From positions 1-30,256 of the forward strand of contig JAVKJW010000026.1 of the NCBI GenBank assembly GCA_031458695.1: a DNA stretch of 30,256 nucleotides, written 5' to 3'. Source of the DNA: Candidatus Thermofontivivens primus (lineage in GTDB: Bacteria > Sysuimicrobiota > Sysuimicrobiia > Sysuimicrobiales > Thermofontiviventaceae). Below are positions 16,252 to 26,288 of the stretch, one piece after another. The notes under the pieces were generated by a model. The model was not told the origin of the DNA and did not search any database. It saw only the letters and a program-made list of their open reading frames with translations. Made by a program: the position numbers and the translations under genes. Position 1 is the first letter of the stretch. Every line of letters starts with the position of its first letter.

Positions 16252-18894
16252 TCAATTGCTCTGGAGGGAGCGAAGGCGGGATTCGAGGGCACTCCGGCGA
16301 GCCCGCAACTCTTCCCTGCGTATCCGCTCCTTCTCCACCACCTCGGCAGGGGCCTTCTCCAGGAACTCCGGATTCGAGAGCTTCGCTTCCACGGTTGAAA
16401 GGTCGAGTTCTACCTCTCGAAGGTCCTCCCGGAGGCGCGCGAGAGCGACTTCGAGGTCCATGACATCCCCCAGGGGAACGAAGACCTCAAGAGGACCCAC
16501 AACCGCTGAGGCTGCCTTCTGAGGTTTTTTGCCCTCAGGACGACCGACTGTAACTTGCTTGGCCCGGGTCAGGAGGGCGATGTAGCGCTCTCCTTCTGTG
16601 AGCATCCCATGGAGGGAAGCTGGGGCATGGACGACAACCTCCACCTCGGCGTTTGGAGGGACGCGGGTATCCGCGCGGATGCTGCGGACTTCCCGGATGA
16701 GATCCATGAGCAGGCTCATCTCTGCCTCCGCCTGCTCATCTATGTGCTCAGATTCCCTCTGCGGCCATGAGGAGACCATGATGCTCTCCCCGTCGTGGGG
16801 CAAGTTTTGCCAAACCTCCTCGGTGAGGAAAGGCATGATGGGGTGGAGGAGCTTCATGGTATTCGAGAGCACGTACCAGAGGACGTACTGAACTGTGGCC
16901 CGCCGCTCTGTCGAGAGGTCCGCCTTGGCCATCTCCACGTACCAGTCACAGTACTCCCCCCAGATGAAGTCGTAGAGAACCCTGGCAGCTTCATTGAACT
17001 CGTACCCTTCCAGCGCCGTGGTGACCGCATCGACGGTCCGGGCGTAGCGACTGAGGATCCATCGGTCGGGAAGGGAGAGGGAAAGCCTAGCAGGGTCGAT
17101 TATGGAAGGATCGAACCCGTCGAGATTCATGTGGACGAATCGGGCGGCGTTCCAGATTTTGTTGGCGAAGTTGCGCGTGTCCTCGATCATCTTCTCCCCG
17201 AAGCGCAGGTCCTGTTGAGCCTGGGAGCAGCGCAGGACAAGAGCGAACCGGAGGGCGTCGGTCCCGTAGATCTCAATGTAGTCGAGAGGATCAAGGCCTG
17301 TTCCCAGGGACTTGCTCATCCGCTTCCCCTCAAGGTTGAGGACTGTGGGGTTGATGTAGACGTGAGAGAACGGGACATCTCCCATGAACTCTAACCCCAT
17401 CATGATCATCCGGGCCACCCACAGGAAGATGATATCCCTCCCGGTGATGAGAACGTTGGTAGGATAGAAGTAACGGAGGTCGGGGGTCTCCCTGGGCCAG
17501 CCCAGGGTCGCAAAAGGCCAGAGCGCCGAGCTAAACCACGTATCTAGAACGTCCTCTTCCTGGCGCAGCTCCCTGCTGCCACACCTCGGGCAACCTTCAG
17601 GTTCCGTCTTGGAGGCGATGGTCTCACCGCAGGGACAGTACCAGATGGGGATGCGGTGCCCCCACCACAATTGCCGGGAGATGCACCAGTCACGGATATT
17701 CTCCATCCAGTCCAGGTAGACCTTGGTCCAGCGCTCGGGGATAAATCGCACTTTCCCCTCTTTCACGACGCGAATCGCTGGCTCCGCAAGCTCCTTCATG
17801 CGGCAGAACCACTGCTCAGAGAGATAGGGCTCGATGACAGTATGACAGCGGTCGCAGTGTCCAACAGAGGTCCGGTAGGGCTCCGCGCGGACAATGAACC
17901 CTCCCGCCTGAAGATCCCTGGCGATCACCTCCCGGGCCTGGAAGCGATCCATCCCCGCATACTTTCCCGCGAAATCGTTCAGGCGGCCCCTCTCATCAAT
18001 CGTCACCAGGATCTCCAGCCCATGGTCCTGCCCGATTTCATAGTCCAGAGGGTCGTGGCCGGGGGTGATCTTGAGAGCCCCTGAGCCAAAATCCCTGTCC
18101 ACACGCCTATCTGCGATGACCGGGACGCGCCGCCCCCCCACGGGGACGATCACGAAAGTACCGATGAGGTGCCGGTAGCGATCGTCCTCCGGGTGCACAG
18201 CCACGGCCACATCCGCAGGGATGGTCTCGGGACGTTGCGTGGCGATGACAATCCCTTCACCGCCGTCGGCACCCGGATAGCGCACGTAGTATAACGTGCT
18301 TTCCACCTCCTGGAACTCCACCTCCAGATCGGAGATGCTCGTCAGGCACCGGGGGCACCAGTTGACCATGTACTTTCCCCGGTAGATGTAGCCCTTCTCA
18401 TAAAGGCGGATGAACGCCTCCAGAACGGCATCGTAGTACCCAGGGTCAAGGGTGAACGTTGCCCTGTCCCAGTCACAGGAGCATCCCAGCCGCTTGAGCT
18501 GGGTATAGATGAGATCCCCATACTTTGCTTTCCACTGCCACACGCGTTCCAAGAACTTCTCCCGACCCAGCATCTCCCGGGTCAGCCCCTCCTTGGCAAG
18601 CTCCCGCTCCACGACATTCTGGGTAGCGATCCCAGCGTGGTCGGTCCCAGGTTGCCAGAGGGCATTAAACCCTTGCATCCGTCGGAAGCGGGTAAGGAGG
18701 TCCTGCAGAGTGTTGTTCAGAGCATGGCCCATGTGGAGGGACCCGGTCACGTTGGGAAGGGGCATCATGATGGCATAGGGGCGCCGGGTTTCGTCCACGG
18801 TGGCCCGGAAGTACCCTCTCTCTAACCAGAACTGGTACCACTTTCCCTCCACCTGCTTGGGATCGTAAACCGGGGACAACGTCTTCGTAACCAT
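16252..18894 (-). CDS. valS: Valine--tRNA ligase
   Basis: PNVTGSLHMGH, GTDHAGIATQ, DWCISRQLWWGH, DVLDTWFSS, RMSKS (KMSKS variant), C-terminal coiled coil; likely ATG at 18894 after GAGAGGTG. Confidence 0.97.
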   Translation of the reverse strand: MVTKTLSPVYDPKQVEGKWYQFWLERGYFRATVDETRRPYAIMMPLPNVTGSLHMGHALNNTLQDLLTRFRRMQGFNALWQPGTDHAGIATQNVVERELAKEGLTREMLGREKFLERVWQWKAKYGDLIYTQLKRLGCSCDWDRATFTLDPGYYDAVLEAFIRLYEKGYIYRGKYMVNWCPRCLTSISDLEVEFQEVESTLYYVRYPGADGGEGIVIATQRPETIPADVAVAVHPEDDRYRHLIGTFVIVPVGGRRVPVIADRRVDRDFGSGALKITPGHDPLDYEIGQDHGLEILVTIDERGRLNDFAGKYAGMDRFQAREVIARDLQAGGFIVRAEPYRTSVGHCDRCHTVIEPYLSEQWFCRMKELAEPAIRVVKEGKVRFIPERWTKVYLDWMENIRDWCISRQLWWGHRIPIWYCPCGETIASKTEPEGCPRCGSRELRQEEDVLDTWFSSALWPFATLGWPRETPDLRYFYPTNVLITGRDIIFLWVARMIMMGLEFMGDVPFSHVYINPTVLNLEGKRMSKSLGTGLDPLDYIEIYGTDALRFALVLRCSQAQQDLRFGEKMIEDTRNFANKIWNAARFVHMNLDGFDPSIIDPARLSLSLPDRWILSRYARTVDAVTTALEGYEFNEAARVLYDFIWGEYCDWYVEMAKADLSTERRATVQYVLWYVLSNTMKLLHPIMPFLTEEVWQNLPHDGESIMVSSWPQRESEHIDEQAEAEMSLLMDLIREVRSIRADTRVPPNAEVEVVVHAPASLHGMLTEGERYIALLTRAKQVTVGRPEGKKPQKAASAVVGPLEVFVPLGDVMDLEVALARLREDLREVELDLSTVEAKLSNPEFLEKAPAEVVEKERIRREELRARRSALESRLRSLQSN

Positions 18895-18957
18895 GGACGA
18901 CACCTCTCACGCTAACCTTCCCCCTCTCCTATCGAAGGGAAAGGACAATTTGATCCG

Positions 18958-18998
18958 AAATAAAAACGCCGCCCCTCCTGGGAAAGGACGAGGCAGCG
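18958..18998 (-). terminator. T-box leader intrinsic terminator (attenuator)
   Basis: CGCTGCC-TCGTCCT-ttccc-AGGA-GGGGCGGCG followed by TTTTTATTT. Confidence 0.85.
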
Positions 18999-19299
18999 CC
19001 CCGCGGTACCACCTTTCTTCCAGGGTCCAGACCTCAGGATCCGCGGAATCGAGATCAAGTGAGAAGAGATTGCTGGGCCCGCAGAAGAAGGTCTAGACCT
19101 GGCCCTCTAAGGCCCCAGAGAGCCTCCCCATTTTCTCTGGAGCCGTACGCGATAACGGGCGTACCCGGCCGGGACTACTCCTCTTCATCCCGTAGCTCCG
19201 GGGCGACGTTCAGCCACCCACCCTGGGAGCCTCCCACCTCTCCGCTCTCCTCTCTGGAAGGGTAGTAGAGGCTTACTCCTCCCCTTCATCGCCTGCTTG
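18958..19299 (-). ncRNA. T-box riboswitch leader of valS, specifier codon GUC (Val)
   Basis: Stem I GCGATGAAG...GAGTA...CAGAGAG...GGTGGGAG...GAAC-GTC-GCCCCGGAGC (GTC at 19205-19207); stem II S-turn; CCGTTAT; T-box AGGTGGTACCGCG (19002-19014); terminator with U-tail. Confidence 0.93.
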
Positions 19300-19305
19300 G
19301 CTTTG

Positions 19306-19333
19306 ATTATAGCCCTCTGGAGAGGGCTGTCAA
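19306..19333 (-). promoter_or_regulatory. Sigma70/SigA promoter of valS
   Basis: Perfect TTGACA-N16-TATAAT directly upstream of T-box stem I. Confidence 0.88.
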
Positions 19334-19337
19334 GGAG

Positions 19338-21773
19338 TCACATCACGTTGCTCTCGGACTGAGGTTGCGGCTGAGGGTATGGTTGTGTAGGGACACCTAT
19401 GGTTGGAGGAGGCGCCGGCGTGTGCACAGGAGCCGGAGCCACGGCCGGGAGCAAAGCCTCCGCCAGCACCTGGTCCATGTGGTCTACGAGCACGAACCTG
19501 AGCTTCCGCCGCACGTTTGCAGGAATCTCCACCAGGTCTTTCTCATTCTCCTTGGGAAGGATTACAGTATGAATCCCTGCCCTGTGGGCTGCAAGTACCT
19601 TTTCCTTGATACCGCCCACGGGGAGCACCTTCCCACGAAGGGTGATCTCCCCGGTCATGGCCACGTCCTTCTTCACCTTCCTCCCGGTCACGGCCGAGGC
19701 CAGGGCGACGGCCATGGTGATCCCAGCGGAAGGTCCATCCTTCGGGACAGCGCCCGCAGGGACGTGGATATGGACATCGGTCTTGGCGTAGAATTCCTCA
19801 TCCACACCAAGCCAGCGGGCACGAGAGCGAACATAACTCAATGCTGCCTGTGCCGACTCTTTCATCACATCCCCGAGCTGTCCAGTGAGGATCAGTTTCC
19901 CCTCCCCCCGCATCAAGGTAACCTCGACAGTGATAATGTCACCGCCCATCTCCGTCCAAGAGAGGCCGGTCGCTGCACCCACTTCATCCTCTCGTTCGGC
20001 GACGCCGTAGCGGAACTTGGGCGGGCCCAAGAACTTGTGGAGGTTCTGCACAGTGATGTGCGTATGTGTCCCCTTCCCTTTGGCCACCTCGGTGGCCACC
20101 TTCCGGCAGATGGTGCTGATCTCGCGTTCAAGGTTCCGAACCCCTGCCTCTCGGGTGTACTCCCGGGCGATGCGTCGCAAGGCCTCCTCGGTGAAGGTGA
20201 GGTGTTCTGGGGTGAGGCCGTTGGCCTTGAGCTGCTTGGGGATGAGAAACTGCTGGGCGATCTTCACCTTCTCCTCCTCAATGTACCCTGGGAACCGGAT
20301 CACCTCCATGCGGTCCCTTAAAGCCGGAGGGATCGTGTCCAGGATGTTGGCCGTAGTGATGAACATCACCTCCGAGAGGTCAAAGGGCAGCTCCAGGTAG
20401 TGGTCGCTGAAGCTGTGGTTTTGCTCGGGATCCAGGGCCTCCAGAAGGGCGGCGGAGGGATCCCCGCGCCAATCCACCCCGAGCTTATCGATCTCATCGA
20501 GCATGAACACAGGGTTCTTGCTCCCCGCCGTCTTCATCCCCTGGATGATCCTCCCGGGGAGGGCTCCCACATAGGTTCTCCTGTGGCCGCGGATCTCCGC
20601 TTCATCGCGCACACCACCCAGAGAGATGCGCACGAACTTCCGTCCCAGGGCTCGCGCGATGGACCGGCCCATGGAGGTCTTTCCAACCCCTGGGGGGCCA
20701 ACGAAACAGAGGATCGGACCCTTGGACTCAGGAGCAAGCTTGCGCACTGCCAGATATTCGATGACTCGCTCCTTAGCTTTCTCCAAGCCGTAGTGATCCT
20801 CGTCTAAGATCTTCTTTGCCTCCTCGATATCCAGCCGGTCCTCGGTGCGCTTGTTCCATGGGAGGGCTAGGATCCAGTCGAGGTAAGTCCGTACGACAAC
20901 TGCCTCAGCCACCATGGGAGGCATCTTTTCTAGCCTGTTCACTTCTTCTAAGGCCTTCTCCTTGACGTAGTCCGGGAGGTTGGCCTCCTCGATCTTCCTG
21001 CGGTATTCCTCCACCTCCGCCGTCCGCTCATCCTTCTCCCCGAGCTCCTCCTGGATTGCCTTCATCTGCTCCTTGAGGAAGTACTCCCGCTGGGTTTTCT
21101 CCATCTGCTTGCGGACGCGGTTTTGGATCTTCCGCTCCAACTCGAGGATATTGATCTCCTTCATCAGAACCTGGCTGAGGAAGTCGAGGCGATCCCTCGG
21201 GGGAAGCTCCAGGATCTTTTGTCGCTCTTCCAATTTCATCGGAAGGTGCTGGGCCACGAGGTCAGCCAGCTTCCCAGGTTCGTCGGTAGACATAATGGCC
21301 ATGAAGGCCTCAGGCGGGACGCCTCGGGTGAGGCGGGCATATCGCTCGAACTGGGAAGTCACACTGCGCATGAGCGCCTCGATCTCCAGGCTCTTTTCCA
21401 CGGGATCGGGCATCGCCTCAATGCGCACTGCGAAATACGGGTGGGTCTGTTCGTAGGAGAGGATGTTCGCCCGGACGAGGCCCTCCACGATAACCTGAAC
21501 AGTCCCCTCAGCCGTCTTCCCTACTTGAAGGATGCGGCAGATGGTTCCAACCGAGTAGATGTCCGCCGGGGTAGGTTCCTCCAGATCCTCCTTCTTCTGG
21601 CTGGCTAGGACAATGAGTTTCTCTCCCTGCATCGCCGCCTCCAAAGCCTGGAGGGAGCGAGGCCTCCCGACTCCGAGCGGGACCATCATGTGCGGGAGAA
21701 CGACTGTTCCCTTAAGAGGGAGGAGGGGAAGGCGGTCGGGGTACCGTGCCTCGGTTGCTTTCTCTTCTGCCAT
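19338..21773 (-). CDS. lon: ATP-dependent endopeptidase La (Lon)
   Basis: LON N domain, [37 protein letters not shown] (Ser), GGIKEK (Lys); SD TAGGAGG. Confidence 0.98.
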   Translation of the reverse strand: MAEEKATEARYPDRLPLLPLKGTVVLPHMMVPLGVGRPRSLQALEAAMQGEKLIVLASQKKEDLEEPTPADIYSVGTICRILQVGKTAEGTVQVIVEGLVRANILSYEQTHPYFAVRIEAMPDPVEKSLEIEALMRSVTSQFERYARLTRGVPPEAFMAIMSTDEPGKLADLVAQHLPMKLEERQKILELPPRDRLDFLSQVLMKEINILELERKIQNRVRKQMEKTQREYFLKEQMKAIQEELGEKDERTAEVEEYRRKIEEANLPDYVKEKALEEVNRLEKMPPMVAEAVVVRTYLDWILALPWNKRTEDRLDIEEAKKILDEDHYGLEKAKERVIEYLAVRKLAPESKGPILCFVGPPGVGKTSMGRSIARALGRKFVRISLGGVRDEAEIRGHRRTYVGALPGRIIQGMKTAGSKNPVFMLDEIDKLGVDWRGDPSAALLEALDPEQNHSFSDHYLELPFDLSEVMFITTANILDTIPPALRDRMEVIRFPGYIEEEKVKIAQQFLIPKQLKANGLTPEHLTFTEEALRRIAREYTREAGVRNLEREISTICRKVATEVAKGKGTHTHITVQNLHKFLGPPKFRYGVAEREDEVGAATGLSWTEMGGDIITVEVTLMRGEGKLILTGQLGDVMKESAQAALSYVRSRARWLGVDEEFYAKTDVHIHVPAGAVPKDGPSAGITMAVALASAVTGRKVKKDVAMTGEITLRGKVLPVGGIKEKVLAAHRAGIHTVILPKENEKDLVEIPANVRRKLRFVLVDHMDQVLAEALLPAVAPAPVHTPAPPPTIGVPTQPYPQPQPQSESNVM

Positions 21774-21812
21774 ATGGAGAGTGCCTCCTATCCGGTCTCG
21801 TAGTCTTCTTTA

Positions 21813-21904
21813 GGCCCCCCGGCAAAAGGTTGTGATTTTTGCCGAGGGCCCCTTTCTCAATGGTAAGATCTCTCTACGAAACTTTGCAAAAGGTTCCGCT
21901 AGAG
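21813..21904. repeat. Two tandem palindrome-family copies in the clpX-lon spacer
   Basis: GGCCCCCCGGCAAAA-N9-TTTTGCCGAGGGCC (21813-21850) and CTCTACGAAACTTTGCAAAAGGTTCCGCTAGAG (21872-21904). Confidence 0.55.
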
Positions 21905-22072
21905 TTGGTCCACCTTATCAGGCCCATTACCCCAGGAGAGGTGGACAAGCGTTGTTCATCCTCCCCTTCCGTCCTGCAAGAGGCTAGGGCAAGTTCCATG
22001 CCCTGCACTCTGAAATCCGGGCCCTCTACTTATTTTAGCACATCCACCTCACGGGATATTCCCAGGGTAGTT

Positions 22073-23359
22073 TCAAGAAGCGGGTTTCTCCTGGGGGACC
22101 TCCTGCTGGAGGTCGACGCTGGTGATCAGGACTGGATCCTTCCTGTGGAGCACAGCTTCCTCCGTAACGATGCATCGCTTCACGTCTGGCCTCGAGGGGA
22201 TCTCGTACATGATGTTCAGCATGATCTCCTCGATGATCGTCCTGAGCCCCCTCGCCCCTGTCCCCCTTGCCATAGCCTCCCTTGCGATCGCCCGGAGGGC
22301 ACCCTCCGTAAACGTTAGCTCGACCCCGTCCATTTCCAGAATTCTCTGATATTGTTTCACCAGGGCGTTTTTGGGCTCCACCAGAATGGAGACGAGGTCA
22401 TCCTCGGTGAGCGGATCAAGAGGGACCACCACCGGTAACCGGCCGATGAACTCCGGGATCAGGCCGTAGCGAAGGAGGTCCTGGGGCATCACCTGGGCGA
22501 GGAGTTCTCCCACATCGCGCTTGGTCTTCTTCTCAATCTGGGCGCCGAACCCGATGTTGGTCTGGCGCATCCGCGACTCGATGATCCTGTCTAGACCCTC
22601 GAAAGCACCCCCGCAGATGAACAGGATGTTCGTAGTATCAATCTGGATGAACTCCTGATGAGGGTGCTTGCGCCCGCCCTGGGGAGGGACGTTGGCGATG
22701 GTCCCTTCCAGGATTTTCAGAAGGGCCTGCTGGACCCCTTCCCCTGAGACATCCCTTGTAATGGAGGGGTTTTCAGACTTCCTGGCAATTTTGTCCACCT
22801 CGTCGATGTAGATGATCCCTCGCTCCGCCCGCTTGATGTCGTTGTCCGCAGCCTGAATAAGGCGCAGGAGGATGTTCTCCACATCCTCTCCTACGTAGCC
22901 GGCCTCGGTGAGGGAAGTGGCATCGGCAATGGCGAAGGGGACGTCCAGAATCTTGGCCAGGGTCTGAGCCAGGAGTGTCTTCCCGCATCCCGTTGGACCG
23001 ATGAGCAGGATGTTGCTCTTCTGGACTTCCACATCGCTCGTTCTCCGCGTGCCGATCCTCTTGTAGTGGTTATACACAGCAACGGAGAGGGCTTTCTTCG
23101 CCCGTTCCTGTCCGACGACGTACTGGCAGAGGACCTCGTAGATCTCCTTGGGCTTGGGGATCCGCGGAAGGGTCACCTCGGGCTGTACCTCGCTGAGATC
23201 CTCCTCAAGGATCTCGTTGCACAGCTCGATACACTCGTTGCAGATATATACTCCAGGACCAGCCACGAGCTTGCGGACCTGGTCTTGGGTCTTTCCACAA
23301 AATGAACACTTCACCCGATCCCGTTCATCCCCAAACCGGAACATCCCTTGCCTTCCCAT
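22073..23359 (-). CDS. clpX: ATP-dependent Clp protease ATP-binding subunit ClpX
   Basis: CSFCGK...ICNEC zinc finger, [34 protein letters not shown] loop, GARGLR. Confidence 0.98.
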   Translation of the reverse strand: MGRQGMFRFGDERDRVKCSFCGKTQDQVRKLVAGPGVYICNECIELCNEILEEDLSEVQPEVTLPRIPKPKEIYEVLCQYVVGQERAKKALSVAVYNHYKRIGTRRTSDVEVQKSNILLIGPTGCGKTLLAQTLAKILDVPFAIADATSLTEAGYVGEDVENILLRLIQAADNDIKRAERGIIYIDEVDKIARKSENPSITRDVSGEGVQQALLKILEGTIANVPPQGGRKHPHQEFIQIDTTNILFICGGAFEGLDRIIESRMRQTNIGFGAQIEKKTKRDVGELLAQVMPQDLLRYGLIPEFIGRLPVVVPLDPLTEDDLVSILVEPKNALVKQYQRILEMDGVELTFTEGALRAIAREAMARGTGARGLRTIIEEIMLNIMYEIPSRPDVKRCIVTEEAVLHRKDPVLITSVDLQQEVPQEKPAS

Positions 23360-23371
23360 CTGAAGCCTCCT

Positions 23372-23956
23372 TCAACGTCGGGGCTTGATGACGTCGTCGA
23401 TCAACCCGTACTCCTTGGCCTGGGCTGCGCTCATCCAAAAGTTCCTGTCGGTATCCCGCTCGATACGGTCCAGGGGCTGGCCTGTGTGCCTCGCCAGGAT
23501 TTCTGTGAGGATTCGACGCACGGTGAGAAACTCCTTGGCCTGGATGTCGATGTCCGCCGCTGATCCTTGTGCACCCCCCCAGGGCTGGTGGATCATGATC
23601 CGGGAGTAGGGAAGAGCAAACCGTTTGCCTTTCGTCCCCCCGGCAAGGATTACGGCAGCGGCACTTGCAGCCAACCCCACGCAGATGGTGGAAACCTCGG
23701 GGCGGATATATTGCATGGTGTCATAGATTGCCAGCCCGGCAGTGGAGGAGCCACCAGGACTGTTGATATACAGGTTGATGGGCTTATCCGGGTCCTCCCC
23801 CTCCAGGAAGAGGAGCTGGGCGATCACCAAATTGGCGACGTCATCGTCGATGGGGCCTCCAATGAAGATGATGCGTTCCTTGAGGAGCCTGGAGTAGATG
23901 TCATAGGCCCGCTCCCCACGGGGGGTCTGCTCAACGACAATGGGGATAAGCGTCAT
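23372..23956 (-). CDS. clpP: ATP-dependent Clp protease proteolytic subunit ClpP
   Basis: [29 protein letters not shown] (Ser), MIHQP (His), DTDRN (Asp). Confidence 0.98.
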   Translation of the reverse strand: MTLIPIVVEQTPRGERAYDIYSRLLKERIIFIGGPIDDDVANLVIAQLLFLEGEDPDKPINLYINSPGGSSTAGLAIYDTMQYIRPEVSTICVGLAASAAAVILAGGTKGKRFALPYSRIMIHQPWGGAQGSAADIDIQAKEFLTVRRILTEILARHTGQPLDRIERDTDRNFWMSAAQAKEYGLIDDVIKPRR

Positions 23957-25251
23957 ATTCGTTCCTCCTTTGGCGCATTGCCTCGAGCGATGGCCACCAG
24001 CCGATCCACAGCCTTGCGAATCCGCATCCTGGTGGCAAGTCTCGAAAGGTCGCCTCCCTCCTCAAGCCTGTTCCGCACATGGGATGGATCCTGCCCGAGG
24101 GTCGTAGCGAGTTTTTCTACTTGCTCGTTGATCTCCTCTTCGCTCACGGAGATCCCTTCCCGTTTAGCCACTTCCTCCAGGAGGAATGCCATCTTCAGGC
24201 GCCGCTCGGCAAGGGGCTCTAGATCCCTGCGCACGTCCTCCAAGGTCTTCTGCTGCCGCACCAGGTAATACTCCAGACTCAATCCCTGACGCTGCAGGTT
24301 CTTCCGCAGCTCCTCGACGAGCTCGTCAACCTCGCTGTTCACCAGGGATCGGGGGACCTCGATCGTGCTCTGGGCGATCAGGGTATCCACGACCTTTGCC
24401 TCGTACTGGGCGCGGGCTTCCTCTTCCGCGCTAGCTTTGAGGCGTTCTCGGAACTGTGCCTTGAGCTCCTCGAGCGTTGCCACACCAGCAGCTACCTTGG
24501 CGAATGCATCATCAAGAGGCGGAAGTTCCTTCCGCTTGATATCGGCGACGCGTAAGGAGACTTTGCCTGCACCGTGCTCCGAGGAGAAAGAAACCTCCCG
24601 CTGCTCGCCCACGCGTGCTCCGAGGAGAGCTTCCTCAAGCTCATGGGGGAAGGTGTGACTTCCAATCTCAATGAGGAGCTCCTGCTCCAGGCGGAATCGC
24701 TCCGTCCCTTCAACCGCCTCCACCCGCGCAAGGACATAATCTCCCTCGGCAGCCTGGGCATCGGGGACGGAGAGGAGAACTCCGTGCTGGTTGCGAAGGT
24801 CTTCAAGGGCTTGAGCCACGTCCTCTTCGGTGACCTGGGGATCCTGCCAGGGGATCCGGATGGATGTGTAGTCCCCAAGCTGGACCTCAGGCATCACTTC
24901 CACTTCCACCGTGACAAGTGCAGGTTTCCCCTCCTCGAGACGTTGGACATCTACCTTAGGAACCCCGATGGGATCGAGGCCCGTCTGGCGAATCGCCTTC
25001 CGAAACGCCTCGGGGGCGAGGATGTTGGCAGCTTCATCGAAAAGGGTCTCTTTCCCGAGGTAGCGCTCGAGAATGGGACGAGGAGCCTTCCCCCTCCGGA
25101 ACCCGGGGATCTCCGTTCGCTGTACCAAGCGCCTGTACGCTCGCTCTACTGCCCGATGGACCTCATCCGCGGGAACTTCGATTTTTAAAACGACCTTGCT
25201 ATGCGCTTCCCGCTGGACCTCCACCTTGAATTCTTGAACGTTCAACTCCAC
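23953..25251 (-). CDS. tig: Trigger factor
   Basis: [10 protein letters not shown] ribosome-binding motif, [11 protein letters not shown]; canonical tig-clpP-clpX-lon order. Confidence 0.95.
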   Translation of the reverse strand: MELNVQEFKVEVQREAHSKVVLKIEVPADEVHRAVERAYRRLVQRTEIPGFRRGKAPRPILERYLGKETLFDEAANILAPEAFRKAIRQTGLDPIGVPKVDVQRLEEGKPALVTVEVEVMPEVQLGDYTSIRIPWQDPQVTEEDVAQALEDLRNQHGVLLSVPDAQAAEGDYVLARVEAVEGTERFRLEQELLIEIGSHTFPHELEEALLGARVGEQREVSFSSEHGAGKVSLRVADIKRKELPPLDDAFAKVAAGVATLEELKAQFRERLKASAEEEARAQYEAKVVDTLIAQSTIEVPRSLVNSEVDELVEELRKNLQRQGLSLEYYLVRQQKTLEDVRRDLEPLAERRLKMAFLLEEVAKREGISVSEEEINEQVEKLATTLGQDPSHVRNRLEEGGDLSRLATRMRIRKAVDRLVAIARGNAPKEERI

Positions 25252-25328
25252 GGAGATCTTCCTCCAGGCTCAGTCATAGGCGACGTGAGATGAGGAACTG
25301 CTCAACTCAAACCGTTCACTGCCTCTCT

Positions 25329-25356
25329 ATTATAGCTTGCCCGCTTGCCCTCGCAA
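25329..25356 (-). promoter_or_regulatory. Sigma70/SigA promoter of tig-clpP-clpX
   Basis: TTGCGA-N16-TATAAT about 80 nt upstream of the tig start. Confidence 0.7.
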
Positions 25357-25502
25357 GAGCGGGTACCTCCTGACTAGACACCTCTTTTGGGACCTCCCGA
25401 ACTTACACTCCACGGGAGGGGGCTCCCAGGGAAAAGCAAAAAAGTTGCCCGTGTACTTCTCAGGGACGGCGTCTTCAGGGTTGGGGGTGCTACGGAGGAT
25501 CC

Positions 25503-25591
25503 TGGTGCGGGCGGGGAGACTCGAACTCCCACGGGACTTCCGTCCCACCAGATCCTAAGTCTGGCGCCTGTACCAATTCGGCTACGCCCGC
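25503..25591 (-). tRNA. tRNA-Leu (anticodon TAG)
   Basis: GCGGGCG acceptor stem, CCAGA-CT-TAG-GA-TCTGG anticodon arm, long variable arm, GTTCGAGT, A73, encoded CCA. Confidence 0.96.
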
Positions 25592-25617
25592 CTATGCCAC
25601 CCTCAACTTTCCTAAGT

Positions 25618-25708
25618 ACCCCGGCAAAAGTCTTTGAACTTTTGTCGGGGGTCCCTCTTGAAATAACGGGGTCCCCAGCAAAATCTCGACAAGAGATTTT
25701 ACTGGGAC
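25618..25708. repeat. Two tandem palindrome-family copies between the tRNA genes
   Basis: ACCCCGGCAAAAGT-CTTTGA-ACTTTTGTCGGGGGT (25618-25652) and GTCCCCAGCAAAATCTC-GACAA-GAGATTTTACTGGGAC (25671-25708). Confidence 0.6.
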
Positions 25709-25735
25709 TCCATAGGAACCAAAAGAAATAGAAAA

Positions 25736-25811
25736 TGGAGGGCCGCCAGGGACTCGAACCCTGAACCTTGGGCTTAAGAGGCCCCTGCTCTACCGGTTGA
25801 GCTAGCGGCCC
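25736..25811 (-). tRNA. tRNA-Lys (anticodon CTT)
   Basis: 76 nt: GGGCCGC acceptor stem, GGGGC-CT-CTT-AA-GCCCA anticodon arm, CAGGG-TTCGAGT-CCCTG T arm, encoded CCA. Confidence 0.95.
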
Positions 25812-25828
25812 ATCCCATCCCCTGATTT

Positions 25829-25856
25829 ATTATAGGAAATTCCCCCCGCCTGTCTA
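25829..25856 (-). promoter_or_regulatory. Sigma70/SigA promoter of the tRNA genes
   Basis: TAGACA-N16-TATAAT, 17 nt upstream of mature tRNA-Lys. Confidence 0.8.
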
Positions 25857-25978
25857 GATCTCTTGGGTTCGAAATCCTCGCCGAAGGAGGCGATCCTCTG
25901 GTTCCCAGGAATCTGCTTGCCACGTCCTTCCCCAGGGAGGTGTCAGGAGCTTTTCTTAGAATGAATCTGTGGGCTGCG

Positions 25979-26257
25979 TTAAGCAAGCATCAGGAAGGTC
26001 CTGGTGACCTTTCGGAGTGCGTCCTTCGCCTTGGGATCCCCCTCCAGATCGCGCCGGACACATTGCTCTAGGCCAGCTGCGATGAGCTGCACCGCAACGC
26101 GGTCGAGGGCAACACGCACAGCAGCTACCTGCTGAGCGATCTCCGTGCAGTCGCGACCCTCCATGAGCATGCGCTGGAGACCCTTCACCTGCCCCTCGAT
26201 GCGACGGAGGCGCGCTAGGAGGTTTCCCTGCAACTCTTCCGGGAGCTCGAGTTTCAT
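25979..26257 (-). CDS. CsoR/RcnR-family repressor, CstR-like (no His metal ligand)
   Basis: RLRRIEGQVKGLQRM, RDC, QQVAAVR, AAGLEQC (Gly at the CsoR His position); ATG at 26257 after GGAGG. Confidence 0.9.
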   Translation of the reverse strand: MKLELPEELQGNLLARLRRIEGQVKGLQRMLMEGRDCTEIAQQVAAVRVALDRVAVQLIAAGLEQCVRRDLEGDPKAKDALRKVTRTFLMLA

Positions 26258-26288
26258 TGCCAACTTCCTCCCCCCCAAGGCGACCAAG

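Noticed and set aside
22035..22061. CIRCE (HrcA) operator upstream of lon
   Set aside because: Only a partial left arm (TTAGCAC); the right arm GAGTGCTAA is missing.
25503..25811. tRNA-anchored integrative element
   Set aside because: No integrase and no duplicated tRNA 3' end seen in the window; tRNA-Leu next to tig is a common conserved arrangement.
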